The notes below the pieces were generated by a model that had not been told where the DNA came from, searched no databases, and saw only the letters and a list, made by a program, of their open reading frames with translations. Shown piece after piece: positions 1 to 9,956 of a stretch of DNA of 35,788 nt. The position numbers were made by a program, and so were the translations under genes. How positions within the stretch are numbered: position 1 is the stretch's first letter; the number at the start of each line of letters is the position of its first letter. The DNA is from Candidatus Poribacteria bacterium (GTDB lineage: Bacteria; Poribacteria; WGA-4E; WGA-3G), in the NCBI GenBank assembly GCA_022822215.1, contig JAJECD010000236.1, forward strand, positions 1 to 35,788, in the 5' to 3' direction.

Positions 1-734
1 AGGTGATTTCAGAAGAGACGGGTATCCGATTAGAGAATATCGTCGTCGGTATGCTTGGCACAGCGCGCCGCGTCGTCGTTGACAAAGATAACACAACGAT
101 TGTTGGAGGTAGTGGTGCGAAAGAGGCAGTTGAAGGACGAGTTGCACAGATTCGGACGCAAATAGAGGAGACGACTTCCGAATACGACCGCGAGAAGTTA
201 GAAGAACGGCTCGCTAAACTTGCGGGTGGTGTCGCTGTTGTTAACGTCGGTGCTGCTACGGAAGTCGAGATGAAAGAGAAGAAGGCTCGGTTTGAAGATG
301 CGCTCGCCGCAACGCGCGCCGCTGTTGAGGAAGGCATCGTTCCGGGGGGTGGGACCGCACTCTTACGCGCCTCAGCATCTCTCAGCCAACTGGAATTGGA
401 TGGCGATCAAAATACGGGGCTTGATATTGTTCGGCGCAGTTTACTCTCACCGGTGCGTGCGATCGCAGAGAATGCTGGGTTGGAAGGTTCAGTTGTGCTC
501 GCGAAAGTACAGGATGGTGTAGGCAATTACGGTTTCAACGCAGCGACGGATGAATACGGCGACATGCTCGAAGCAGGGATCGTCGATCCAACAAAAGTTG
601 TCCGTTCAGCACTTCAGAACGCCTCCAGCATTGCTGGCTTGCTCTTAACGACAGAAACCCTTGTTACAGAGATTGAAGAGCCACCCGATGCTGCTCCTGC
701 CGCAGCCGATCCGCATGCTGGGCACTTCCATTAG
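1..734 (+). CDS. groEL: Chaperonin GroEL (Cpn60), 5'-truncated by the window edge
   Basis: Hallmark motifs [43 protein letters not shown] and [17 protein letters not shown]-terminus is DPHAGHFH rather than GGM repeats. Confidence 0.97.
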   Translation, partial: VISEETGIRLENIVVGMLGTARRVVVDKDNTTIVGGSGAKEAVEGRVAQIRTQIEETTSEYDREKLEERLAKLAGGVAVVNVGAATEVEMKEKKARFEDALAATRAAVEEGIVPGGGTALLRASASLSQLELDGDQNTGLDIVRRSLLSPVRAIAENAGLEGSVVLAKVQDGVGNYGFNAATDEYGDMLEAGIVDPTKVVRSALQNASSIAGLLLTTETLVTEIEEPPDAAPAAADPHAGHFH

Positions 735-771
735 GAGATTTATCGGTAGGTGTGCTGCCCAAGCGCACCTA

Positions 772-1299
772 TCACCTTTGTATGTGATAGCGGGGTTCCA
801 TCCCGCTGTCCCAATCACAATCCAAGCAGAACATCACTTTGGGTCCCAAATACTGGATGTTCTCGTTCCCACATTCTGGACACACCGTTACAGGCTTCTC
901 GATTTCGACCCCTTCTCCTTGAAAGATACTCAGATAATACACCTTCAATTCGCCTTGGTAACGGTGCCCCATTGGGCAGCGTATCGAATGTGAGGCGTCA
1001 TTTTCAAAGCGTTCAATTGTCTCTCGAAGGAACGTCAAACGGTGGTGGCAAATTGGACACGGATTCGGGATTAATTCCTTGAGGATAACCAAATCCGTAT
1101 TGTTTTGTTCAATAGAGAGCGGCAAAGCGAGATGATGTGCTACCTGCAAGTGAGATAGCCCTTGCGTGCCGAGTTTTTCCGAAAGTTCTGTAACAATTTG
1201 CGAATAACTTCCCGCACTCAGCACGATCTCTGTCGGGACCATTGTTCCACCCTTTAAGCTGGAAAGAAGCCGATAAATGCGTTCTAAAATGGGTGCCAT
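772..1299 (-). CDS. Hypothetical protein with two Zn-ribbon-like motifs
   Basis: 175-aa ORF with CPIC...CPMGH and CPEC...CLDC; AAAGG upstream of the ATG; converges on groEL. Confidence 0.75.
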   Translation of the reverse strand: MAPILERIYRLLSSLKGGTMVPTEIVLSAGSYSQIVTELSEKLGTQGLSHLQVAHHLALPLSIEQNNTDLVILKELIPNPCPICHHRLTFLRETIERFENDASHSIRCPMGHRYQGELKVYYLSIFQGEGVEIEKPVTVCPECGNENIQYLGPKVMFCLDCDWDSGMEPRYHIQR

Positions 1300-1325
1300 C
1301 CGCTATACCTTTCTACGAAAAAGAA

Positions 1326-1700
1326 TTAAACTGTCTTACCTTCGGTTGATTGGGAAGCAAGCACTTGGCTGTTGCTTCGTGCCAGAGATGATACACTCCG
1401 CTGCGAACGGTAGGCATCTGTCGGTTGATTGCGAAGCAGAATTAGGTCGTCTCCGTCCCGCTCAATCACATCGTTTGCCATCAGTGTTGTTTCAATTTTT
1501 CGCATACTCGTCATGAAACTGATAGTGACACGGGCTGTCGCTTCTAATTTGATTTGCCAACCCGTCGTTGTTTTCGTCCGCGTAAACCCTTCGTTAATAT
1601 CAAGCGACTGCATCTGTGCGGCGTTGATGATAACACCACTCTTTGCTTGTATTGCGTCTTGGGTTTTAACCGTGCTATCGTTATTATTTTCCGCTGCCAT
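1326..1700 (-). CDS. Hypothetical protein
   Basis: ORF under a near-consensus sigma70 promoter; GGAG RBS precedes ATG 1700 (alternative ATG 1712); co-oriented with 772..1299. Confidence 0.65.
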   Translation of the reverse strand: MAAENNNDSTVKTQDAIQAKSGVIINAAQMQSLDINEGFTRTKTTTGWQIKLEATARVTISFMTSMRKIETTLMANDVIERDGDDLILLRNQPTDAYRSQRSVSSLARSNSQVLASQSTEGKTV

Positions 1701-1739
1701 AGTATACTCCATGTCTATAATGGAATTTGAGTTGAACGT

Positions 1740-1768
1740 ATTTTATCATGCATATTTCGGATTGTCAA
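1740..1768 (-). promoter_or_regulatory. Sigma70-type promoter for the two hypothetical genes
   Basis: Minus strand TTGACA-17 nt-TAAAAT, with TG upstream of the -10. Confidence 0.7.
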
Positions 1769-1789
1769 CATAGTTTTTATTCTTTTAGG

Positions 1790-1857
1790 GGTCATCGATT
1801 ATCGGTTCCGCTGACCGATTCCTACCGCGACAACCGACAGCCGGCAACTGATAACCA
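1790..1857. repeat. Degenerate heptamer repeats in inverted arrangement
   Basis: cgacaac cgacagc cggcaac tgataac on the right; reverse-complement-like ggtcatc gattatc ggtt on the left. Confidence 0.5.
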
Positions 1858-1865
1858 AATTCCGT

Positions 1866-1895
1866 TTGACATCTGTCTTCCAATTAGACTATAAT
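1866..1895 (+). promoter_or_regulatory. Consensus sigma70 promoter of the VWA/DUF4159/DUF4175 operon
   Basis: TTGACA-18 nt-TATAAT. This places the TSS near 1902, so GTG 1898 is unlikely to be the start. Confidence 0.8.
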
Positions 1896-1921
1896 ATGTG
1901 GAGAAAGGAATTAGAAGAGGT

Positions 1922-4309
1922 ATGCGATTCACCTATTTTTGGCCCGGATGGGCAATTGCACTCGGCATTGGCATTGCCATCGGTATAACCGTGTTCGTCT
2001 ACTTCAGGGTAGCACGTCCGATGCGTCCGAGATATAGGGTTTTGCTGGTTGCGCTGCGAATCTTCGCAGCATCAATCTTGCTTGCTTGTCTCTTAGCCCC
2101 GGTCGTTATTGAGAAAAAGGATATTACACCACCGACACACCTCTCCATTCTGGTAGATACCTCTCGAAGTATGGAACTCGTGGGTGAACCCACTGATGAA
2201 ATGCACGCGTCGAGACTGAGTCAGGTAAATCAACTCTTGTTTAATGTGCCGAGCGGTTTCCTGCAGGCGTTACAGACTCGATTTGAGGTCCACCTCTATC
2301 CTTTCGATACCGGACTCCATCAAAGTGTTCCGTTTGCCCAAAGTCTTGATTCTGAAATGCCTCAGTTTGAACCTGAAGGGGCACTTACTGATATTAGTGG
2401 TGCGATACAAGAAGCAGCAGCGACATGGAAAGGGCAGCAGGCTGCAGGTATTGTGCTCATAACGGATGGTGGACACAATTCTGGGCAATTTCCTTTTGCA
2501 GCTATTGCTGGATTAGAGATGCCAATCTATGCGGTAGGGGTCGGGGCAGTTGAACCCTCAAAGGACGTTCAGATTCAACACATTGATTATGCACCGATTG
2601 CCTACACCGGTCATGAAAGCACTATCCGTGTGAATGTAACGCAAACCGGCTATACTGGTAAGACAACCCGACTGACGCTGCGTGAAGTGAACGGAAATAC
2701 CCTCGTAGATGCTGAAACGTTGACCTTTGGACCTGAGTCGCAGACTTCGACCAAACCCGTAGTGGAAGACATTCGGGCAAGTGCCACTACACAACAGGTG
2801 GTTGAGCTGAAGTTGACACCACAGACCGAAGGCAACTTCCAGTATACCGTCACACTTCCGGCACTTGACGGTGAACTGACGGAGGCGAACAATCAAAAGA
2901 CGTTTTCGGTGAAGGTGGTGAAGGCGAAACTCAACGTTTTCTATCTCGAAGGGAGACCCCGATGGGATTACACTTTCTTGAAACGGGCGTTAGCGCGCGA
3001 TCCAGATGTTGAAGCGACGTGTGCGATCTTGTCGCGTGGCAGGGCAAGGCGGGTGGCTACTGATGCAGCGATCGAACGTTTAGATGGTTATTATCCGCAA
3101 TCTACACTGGCATCCGAAGCACCGAGATTTCCAGAAACTCCCGCAGTGCTCTCTAAATACGATGTGCTGATTTTAGGAGATTTAGAGGACGCACATCTTA
3201 CTGAGGCGCAGCAACTCGCGATCGTTGATTTTGTTGAAGTCCAAGGCAAACCTATTATTTTTTTACCATCTCGGAATATGCTCGGTGTGAACGGGTTGAG
3301 AAACACGGAATTAACGCACTTATTACCGATTGATATACCCGCAAATGGATGTCGTGTACACGACGCAGCGTTCACCGTGCAGCTGACGCAATCTGGGCTG
3401 TTTCATCCGATGCTCCAAATGGCGGACAGCGAAAGTACACTGGGAAATAACGCTACGCTATGGCGAAACGTTCCTGTTTCCTTATCGCGGTTTTTTACCG
3501 GATTTCAGCTCAGAGGCGGTGCGACTGTCCTTATGGAGAACGGAGGCGGGACACCCGTTTTGGTGCTTCAGAGAGTGGGGTTGGGCAAAAGCCTGCTGAT
3601 CGCGGCGGAAGGACTCTGGAATTGGGATTTCGCTGTTAAGACTTTTAAAGACAATCGCTATCGGACAATCTATCCACGTTTCTGGGCACAGGTTATCCGA
3701 TGGATGGCGACGCATACTGAGGACGAGAAACTCTATCTCACTACGGATGCCACAACCTATACGATAGGGGACGTCGCTGAAGTTAGGGCGTATCTGTATT
3801 CTGAGACCTATCAGCAACAAACAGACGCAACGGTTCAGATTGAGGTGACTCCACCTGAGGGAACGCCGTTCCAACTCCGAATTCGCAGCGCGACTGGAAA
3901 CACGGACGGATCGGCATCGCAGCAGCGCATAACGTCCGACATCGGAAATCTCTATACTGCTAAATTCGAGCTCCTACAGAAGGGAACTTACCGGATTCGA
4001 GCCGTCGGCAGCAGCCGGGACTTAACGCTCGGTGAAGATCAAATTGATATTTATGCCCATCCGCAGCTTGCGGAATTGGAAGCTCCTCAACTCAATGAGG
4101 TTTTGCTGAAGGAACTCGCTGAACAGACGGGCGGTGCTTATTTTACAATAGCGGACGCGGCATCGCTTCCGGATAACATTCCGAATGTCCAAAATCCTGT
4201 GTTCGTTGATGCTGAACGTGAGCTCTGGGCACATCCGTTAATTCTCCTCGCTGTGGTCGGGTTGTTAGGTGCTGAATGGTTCTTACGTAAGCGGATTGGA
4301 TTGGTTTGA
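1922..4309 (+). CDS. Membrane-anchored VWA domain + Ig/CARDB-like + class I glutamine-amidotransferase-like protein
   Basis: Two N-terminal TM helices; MIDAS DTSRSM...TD...ITDG; EGRPRWDYTFLKRAL; YDVLILGD; YPRFWAQVIRW; C-terminal TM ending EWFLRKRIGL. ATG 1922 follows AGAGG. Confidence 0.85.
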   Translation: MRFTYFWPGWAIALGIGIAIGITVFVYFRVARPMRPRYRVLLVALRIFAASILLACLLAPVVIEKKDITPPTHLSILVDTSRSMELVGEPTDEMHASRLSQVNQLLFNVPSGFLQALQTRFEVHLYPFDTGLHQSVPFAQSLDSEMPQFEPEGALTDISGAIQEAAATWKGQQAAGIVLITDGGHNSGQFPFAAIAGLEMPIYAVGVGAVEPSKDVQIQHIDYAPIAYTGHESTIRVNVTQTGYTGKTTRLTLREVNGNTLVDAETLTFGPESQTSTKPVVEDIRASATTQQVVELKLTPQTEGNFQYTVTLPALDGELTEANNQKTFSVKVVKAKLNVFYLEGRPRWDYTFLKRALARDPDVEATCAILSRGRARRVATDAAIERLDGYYPQSTLASEAPRFPETPAVLSKYDVLILGDLEDAHLTEAQQLAIVDFVEVQGKPIIFLPSRNMLGVNGLRNTELTHLLPIDIPANGCRVHDAAFTVQLTQSGLFHPMLQMADSESTLGNNATLWRNVPVSLSRFFTGFQLRGGATVLMENGGGTPVLVLQRVGLGKSLLIAAEGLWNWDFAVKTFKDNRYRTIYPRFWAQVIRWMATHTEDEKLYLTTDATTYTIGDVAEVRAYLYSETYQQQTDATVQIEVTPPEGTPFQLRIRSATGNTDGSASQQRITSDIGNLYTAKFELLQKGTYRIRAVGSSRDLTLGEDQIDIYAHPQLAELEAPQLNEVLLKELAEQTGGAYFTIADAASLPDNIPNVQNPVFVDAERELWAHPLILLAVVGLLGAEWFLRKRIGLV

Positions 4310-4342
4310 GGTGTTCAAGGGACAGAAAAGTGAGACATTATT

Positions 4343-5020
4343 ATGGGACGATTAATGAAGTGGCGACCCTCTTTTTTTCTCTGTTGCCTCCTATTTTCCG
4401 CAGCGATTGGCACGCCAGAAGCGGGTGAGAAGTTCACGATCGCCCAAGTCCACTATGGCGGTGGCGGCGATTGGTATGGAGACGCGACGACAATTAAGAA
4501 TTGGCTCCATCTCCTCCGCACCCGAACGGATATTGAAACAGACGAAGAGAGAGTAATTCTCAAGTTGACGGATCACATTCTTTACCACTACCCGATGCTC
4601 TACCTTGTAGGACACGGAAATGTCCGGTTGACTGAGAGCGAAGTTGAGATTTTGAGGGACTATCTCATGAACGGTGGGTTTCTGTTTGCCAACGATGATT
4701 ATGGACTTGACGAAAGTTTCCGCCGTGAAATGCGTCGTGTGTTTCCTAATCAGGAATTACAGCCTATACCGAACACACACCTGATTTACCGATGCTTCTA
4801 TGAACTGGAGGGGTTACCCAAGATTCATGAGCACGACGGCGAACCCGCACAAGGGTTTGGACTCTTTCACGATGGAAGAATGGTCGTTTACTACGTTTAC
4901 AGTGCTGACATCGGTGATGGACTTGAGGATGCCGATGTACATCCAGAGGATACGCCGCGGGTTCGCGAACTCGCAGCGAAAATGGCGGTGAATATTGCTG
5001 TTTATGCCCTAACGCACTAA
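4343..5020 (+). CDS. DUF4159 domain protein with signal peptide
   Basis: YGGGGDWY, YPMLYLVGHG, LRDYLMNGGFLFANDDYG, GLPKIHEHDG, DIGDGLED and NIAVYALTH are typical of DUF4159. Confidence 0.88.
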   Translation: MGRLMKWRPSFFLCCLLFSAAIGTPEAGEKFTIAQVHYGGGGDWYGDATTIKNWLHLLRTRTDIETDEERVILKLTDHILYHYPMLYLVGHGNVRLTESEVEILRDYLMNGGFLFANDDYGLDESFRREMRRVFPNQELQPIPNTHLIYRCFYELEGLPKIHEHDGEPAQGFGLFHDGRMVVYYVYSADIGDGLEDADVHPEDTPRVRELAAKMAVNIAVYALTH

Positions 5021-5034
5021 TAACCATATACACT

Positions 5035-8000
5035 ATGAACACACAAGATGTAAATCGATCTTATGAAAACTTGATTAATCAGCTGCGTGCGATTCGGCGG
5101 CAGTGGCGATGGCTGATTTTCTCGGAAGGATTGTTGAAGTGTATCGGCATTCTGGCACTTGTCGGGACGGGTGTCCTCATCGTTTTTGCGTTGAGTTTAC
5201 GCATGTGGCAACTCCCATTCTCGCACTGGATGCGTATGGGTATGCTGTTGCTGTCAATAGGTGTTGCTGTCTATGCGGTTGTCCGCGCACTTGTGCTGCC
5301 GCTCCGTCGGAGATTGACGGATGCAGCGGTCGCAGCGCGCCTTGAATCGACGCAAGCAGAAAGCGGGTTTGCATCCGAAAATCGAATCTTGAGTGCCGTC
5401 CAACTCTGGAGTGCGTTAGCAGATAACCGACTCGGGTATGCCCCGGAATTCATTGAGCACCTGATTCTTCAAACCAGCAGAGATATGGAACAGGTACAGT
5501 CCAAACAGGTGTTTCAGTCCGAGTTTCGGAAAATCAGGCGGAATGCGGGGGTCGCTGTTGCGGGTATAGGACTTCTTCTAATCACATTCTTTTTCTTACC
5601 GACTGCTTTCGTGGACTTCGCACACTCGTTTCGGGCATTACCCACAACGCTCCAGGCGGACGCCGAAGGTCTAAAAAATCTCATTCAGATTACAGAAATT
5701 CAGCCGGGTAACACTGGCATCGAACGAGGCAGTGACGTTAACATCACTGCCCAAGTAAACGGACACTTCGGCGCGCCTGTTGAGCTCTATTACCGCGTCG
5801 GAGAAGCAGATGCAGCAGCGTCAACGACAAAATGGGAATCTGTGCTGATGCAAAGAACCGCCGCCCCTATAGATCGTAACGAGCAGGTTTCCGCCCTTTC
5901 CTTGTTATACCGTGTGACGCTTGAGAAGGTGAGTCGTCCGCTCCAGTACTACGTTTCTGTGGAAGCGGCAGTGTCCGAGCGGTATCAACTGACAATCAGC
6001 GATGAGCCGGTTGTCACACAATTTCAGTATCGACTCAACTATCCACCTTACACGCAGCTCCAACCGCAGACGCTACCGACAAACACGGGTGATATTCAGG
6101 TGCTTTTCGGCACAGAGGTCGTCTTCACAGGGGAGAGCAACAAACCGCTTGAGAAAGCGTCCCTTGTATTTGAGGTATCTGACGCTGCGCCGTTAGCGGT
6201 TAAAGCGGCAGCGACAGGTCAGTCCAGCGAAGAATCGGTGGAAGAAGGGCAGGTCCCAGAAACGACTCAAATGTCCCGTGGCATCCAAGGTGCTTTTATC
6301 GCGCAACAGAGCCAGAGATACCAGATCCGTATCACCGATGTTGAAGGTTTCATGAATCGTGCCCCAATTAACTATACACTCACCGTTTTTGAAGATGCCG
6401 TCCCCGATGTCGCTATCGTCGCCCCGGCGCGGGATACTGTCTTAGATAATAGCATGTTGGTGGAGCTGAAAGTGGAGGCAACAGACGACTACGGGATACA
6501 GGAGCTCCAACTCGTCTATCGTGTTGAGGTCGAGGGTGCTGAAGCAGTGAATGTCCCATTAAAACGTTGGGGAATTGAGGGGGCAGATGTCCGCAGAGCT
6601 GTCTTTCTGAGTTATACTTGGGATGTGGATCGGATTGGTATCTTTCCGGGTGAGGTGCTCGCCTATTACGTTCAAGCCTTGGACAACGATGCTGTCTCTG
6701 GACCCAATATTGGTAAGTCGCCTACCTACACGCTTCGTTTCCCATCGCTCTCAGAAATGTACGATTCGGTTGCTGCCGAACAGGAAGCGGAACAGCGTGG
6801 ACTCGATGAACTCTTTGACGAACAAGCAGATGCTACAGGGTTGGTCGATAGTCTCCTTGATACGATGAAACGGATGGGCAGAAGCAATCAAGAACTTACG
6901 CGCAACGATGAAAATCTCATGCAGCAGGTGCTTGAAAACCAGAAACAGATTGAGGAAGCAGCACAGCAATTAATCGAAGATATGAAGCAGACGGCGGAGG
7001 AGATGGAGCAGAATCAGCTCTTTGACACTGAGACGATCCAGAAATATCAGGAACTCCAAGACCTGATGGAGAAAGCCCTCTCTGAAGAGCATCAAGAGAT
7101 TTTGCAGAAATTATCTGAGGCGTTGGCGAACCCGCAGCTGACTGAACGACAAGGGGCAATGCGGGAAGCGAATCTCAGTCAGGAACAGTTTTTACAGCAA
7201 TTGGAACGCGCGAAATCGCTCTATGAACAGATCCTGCTTGAGCAGGAATTAGAAGCCGCTGCGAAACAGGCAACCGCACTCGCTGAACAACAGAAAGAAT
7301 TGATGGATACATTGGAGGCGAAGACTGAATCCGCACCTTTGAATGATCTCGCGCAAAAAGAGGATCGCGTGGGTGAGGAGTTCGGACAGCTCAGTGAGAA
7401 ATTAGAGGAACTCGGCACCGATATGAAGGTGCTCGCGAAAGACAACGAAAACGCGCCACCGCAGATAGAACGGCTCGGAGATGAAATTCTCCGCCTCAAT
7501 CGGTTTGCGCATGAATATCAGCTGCCCGAAATGCTTGATGCTACCAGTGCCAACCTGCGAAGTGGACAGAACAGCGAGGCACTCGAATCGGGACGTGGCG
7601 CACAACAGACCCTGATGGAACTCGCACAAGGCTTGGATAACGCTTTGGCGTTTATGGAAGGTGCGAACGCAAACGAGTCTCTAACCGTGATGCGTGAAGC
7701 CATTGAAAGTGGGCTTCATCTCTCGCATCTCCATGAAAAGGTTATTAACCAAACAAACGACATTCTCGTCGCCGCGCAATCGAATGCCTATATCCAGAGT
7801 GAAATCTTGAAATTGCAAGAACTCGCAGCGGATGAAATTACCACGGCAGAAGGGCTTACACAACTTTCAAGTAAACTCTGGGAATTAGGGGGGCGACAGA
7901 TACAGGTGCCACCTGAAGTCGTCTTACATCTCAATGCTTCAAACGATGCGCTTTCTCGTGCTGCACGCGCTTTAGAGGATAGGCAACCGAGCCTCGCGCT

Positions 8001-8652
8001 CCCGATTCAGAAAGCCGCACTTGCCGATCTCAATCAAGCGATCTTTGAACTCCTTGAGGCGATGGCACAGATGAACCAGCAGATGGGTGCTGGTGGATTT
8101 GAGGATATGATGCAGCAGCTCGAACAACTCGCCGAGGGTCAGGAGCAGTTAAACCAGATGGCTGAGCGTCTCAGTCAACAGATGCGTGAGCAGGGGCAAA
8201 CCCCTGGGCTACAACAGATGATGCAGCAACTCGCTGCGCAACAGCAGCTGATCCGAGAGGCAACACAACGTCTCGCAGAGCGTGCTGAACAGATGGCGCA
8301 AATGCTTGGCAGCCTTGAAGAGGTGGCTCAGGAGATGAATGCGGTTGAGAAATCGCTCCAGCAAGGGAGCCTTGATGATGAAGTGCTTGATAGACAAGCG
8401 CGGATTTTGACTCGGATGCTTGATAGTTTAAAATCGCTGCAGAAACGGGATGTCGGCAAGCAGCGGAAGGCGGAAGTCGCGAGAACTGCTGCGACCCCTG
8501 CACAGGAAGTTCCGCCTTTGCACCCCGACTTACTCGAAATCGTTCGGGAGTTAGAAGCTGCGCCGAATGCCAAGGAATTTGAGGATATTCCGTTTCAGTA
8601 TCGTGAACAATTGAGACAATACTTTAAGGCACTTTCGCAAAAGACTCAGTAG
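5035..8652 (+). CDS. DUF4175-like membrane protein with long Q/E-rich coiled coil
   Basis: N-terminal TMs, YPPYTQL, ATDDYGIQEL, YYVQALDNDAVSGP, about 600 aa of coiled coil, C-terminal PFQYREQLRQYFKAL. Confidence 0.85.
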   Translation: MNTQDVNRSYENLINQLRAIRRQWRWLIFSEGLLKCIGILALVGTGVLIVFALSLRMWQLPFSHWMRMGMLLLSIGVAVYAVVRALVLPLRRRLTDAAVAARLESTQAESGFASENRILSAVQLWSALADNRLGYAPEFIEHLILQTSRDMEQVQSKQVFQSEFRKIRRNAGVAVAGIGLLLITFFFLPTAFVDFAHSFRALPTTLQADAEGLKNLIQITEIQPGNTGIERGSDVNITAQVNGHFGAPVELYYRVGEADAAASTTKWESVLMQRTAAPIDRNEQVSALSLLYRVTLEKVSRPLQYYVSVEAAVSERYQLTISDEPVVTQFQYRLNYPPYTQLQPQTLPTNTGDIQVLFGTEVVFTGESNKPLEKASLVFEVSDAAPLAVKAAATGQSSEESVEEGQVPETTQMSRGIQGAFIAQQSQRYQIRITDVEGFMNRAPINYTLTVFEDAVPDVAIVAPARDTVLDNSMLVELKVEATDDYGIQELQLVYRVEVEGAEAVNVPLKRWGIEGADVRRAVFLSYTWDVDRIGIFPGEVLAYYVQALDNDAVSGPNIGKSPTYTLRFPSLSEMYDSVAAEQEAEQRGLDELFDEQADATGLVDSLLDTMKRMGRSNQELTRNDENLMQQVLENQKQIEEAAQQLIEDMKQTAEEMEQNQLFDTETIQKYQELQDLMEKALSEEHQEILQKLSEALANPQLTERQGAMREANLSQEQFLQQLERAKSLYEQILLEQELEAAAKQATALAEQQKELMDTLEAKTESAPLNDLAQKEDRVGEEFGQLSEKLEELGTDMKVLAKDNENAPPQIERLGDEILRLNRFAHEYQLPEMLDATSANLRSGQNSEALESGRGAQQTLMELAQGLDNALAFMEGANANESLTVMREAIESGLHLSHLHEKVINQTNDILVAAQSNAYIQSEILKLQELAADEITTAEGLTQLSSKLWELGGRQIQVPPEVVLHLNASNDALSRAARALEDRQPSLALPIQKAALADLNQAIFELLEAMAQMNQQMGAGGFEDMMQQLEQLAEGQEQLNQMAERLSQQMREQGQTPGLQQMMQQLAAQQQLIREATQRLAERAEQMAQMLGSLEEVAQEMNAVEKSLQQGSLDDEVLDRQARILTRMLDSLKSLQKRDVGKQRKAEVARTAATPAQEVPPLHPDLLEIVRELEAAPNAKEFEDIPFQYREQLRQYFKALSQKTQ

Positions 8653-8705
8653 TTGCTGTCAAGGTTTTGTGGCACACTCGATGCTTGATTGTGGGGAGTT
8701 AACGT

Positions 8706-9902
8706 ATGCCTGATAAAGTCGAAGGACAACAAGCGCACATCTCGAGACGGCGTTTCTTGAAGAAGGCAACTACTGCCGCTGTTACAGCGACCGTTGCACC
8801 AGAGGTTTTAAATGCCTTTGGTGCGCAAACGAACAATGCGATTCGTAAAAATGTTCAAATCAATACGAAGGAGAAGAAAATGAAAACAGCAGTTAGCATC
8901 GTTGAAGATGCTTTCTACATTAATGGTGAAATTACCTATCCGGGACGTTTCTACGAAGATAATAAAATCGAAGGATTGCTTATCAACACCCGCATGGTGC
9001 AGGGCATCTTCGATGATAGGAACCCAGAAACCATTCATCTGTGGGAATATCCAGATACAGGCGAATGGGACGCTGAGCGTAATACGCGTGAATTCTTAGC
9101 GGCGATGCCGACGTGGCGCGCTCACGGGGTGCTGGCGTTCACTATTAACCTCCAGGGGGGGAGTCCCGAAGGTTACTCTAAAGCACAACCGTGGCATAAC
9201 TCCGGTATAGAAGTCGATGGGAGTCTCAGGGATGATTATCTCTCGCGGCTTGAACGCATTATCGACTTTGCTGATGACCTCGGTATGGTTGTCATTCTCG
9301 GTTATTTCTATTTTGGGCAGGACCACCGACTCACCGACGAAAACGCCGTTATACGGGCTGTAGATGACGCAACTGGGTGGCTCTTTGACAAGGGATATAC
9401 CAATGTGATCATTGAGGTTAACAACGAATGTAATGTGAGATATTCACACGAAATTTTACAACCGCATCGTGTGCATGAATTGATTGAACGGGTGAAAGCA
9501 ACGACACGCAATGGCAATAGATTCCTCACGGGAACGAGCTATGGTGGTGGTCGAGTGCCACTTGAGAATGTTGTCCGATCTTCCGATTTCTTGCTTGTTC
9601 ATGGAAACGGTGTGAAGGATCCAAACCGTATTATCTCTATGGTTCAGGAAACACGCCAGGTGCCGGGTTACCGTCCGATGCCGATTCTGTTTAATGAAGA
9701 TGACCATTTTGATTTCGATAAACCGCTGAATAATTTTGTCGCTGCTGTGAGTCAATACGCTTCATGGGGCTACTTCGATCCGGGTGAAAACAACTACCAT
9801 GACGGTTACCAATCCGTGCCGGTGCAATGGCAGCTCAACACGCCGCGGAAACGTGCCTTTTTTCAGAAGGCTCGCGACATCACTGGCGGCTCTTCTGGAT
9901 AA
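8706..9902 (+). CDS. Putative clan-A (TIM-barrel) glycoside hydrolase with twin-arginine-like leader
   Basis: SRRRFLKK leader; EVNNEC (candidate acid/base Glu); ILFNEDD (candidate nucleophile); WGYFD. A second RBS/ATG lies at 8880. Confidence 0.7.
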   Translation: MPDKVEGQQAHISRRRFLKKATTAAVTATVAPEVLNAFGAQTNNAIRKNVQINTKEKKMKTAVSIVEDAFYINGEITYPGRFYEDNKIEGLLINTRMVQGIFDDRNPETIHLWEYPDTGEWDAERNTREFLAAMPTWRAHGVLAFTINLQGGSPEGYSKAQPWHNSGIEVDGSLRDDYLSRLERIIDFADDLGMVVILGYFYFGQDHRLTDENAVIRAVDDATGWLFDKGYTNVIIEVNNECNVRYSHEILQPHRVHELIERVKATTRNGNRFLTGTSYGGGRVPLENVVRSSDFLLVHGNGVKDPNRIISMVQETRQVPGYRPMPILFNEDDHFDFDKPLNNFVAAVSQYASWGYFDPGENNYHDGYQSVPVQWQLNTPRKRAFFQKARDITGGSSG

Positions 9903-9956
9903 TATCGGAAGCCGAATTTAAACCTACCTGAACGAATCGCAAGGAAAATTAAAAAT

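Noticed and set aside
1898-1921. GTG start at 1898 from the ORF track
   Set aside because: It lies 2 nt after the -10 box; ATG 1922 has an RBS.
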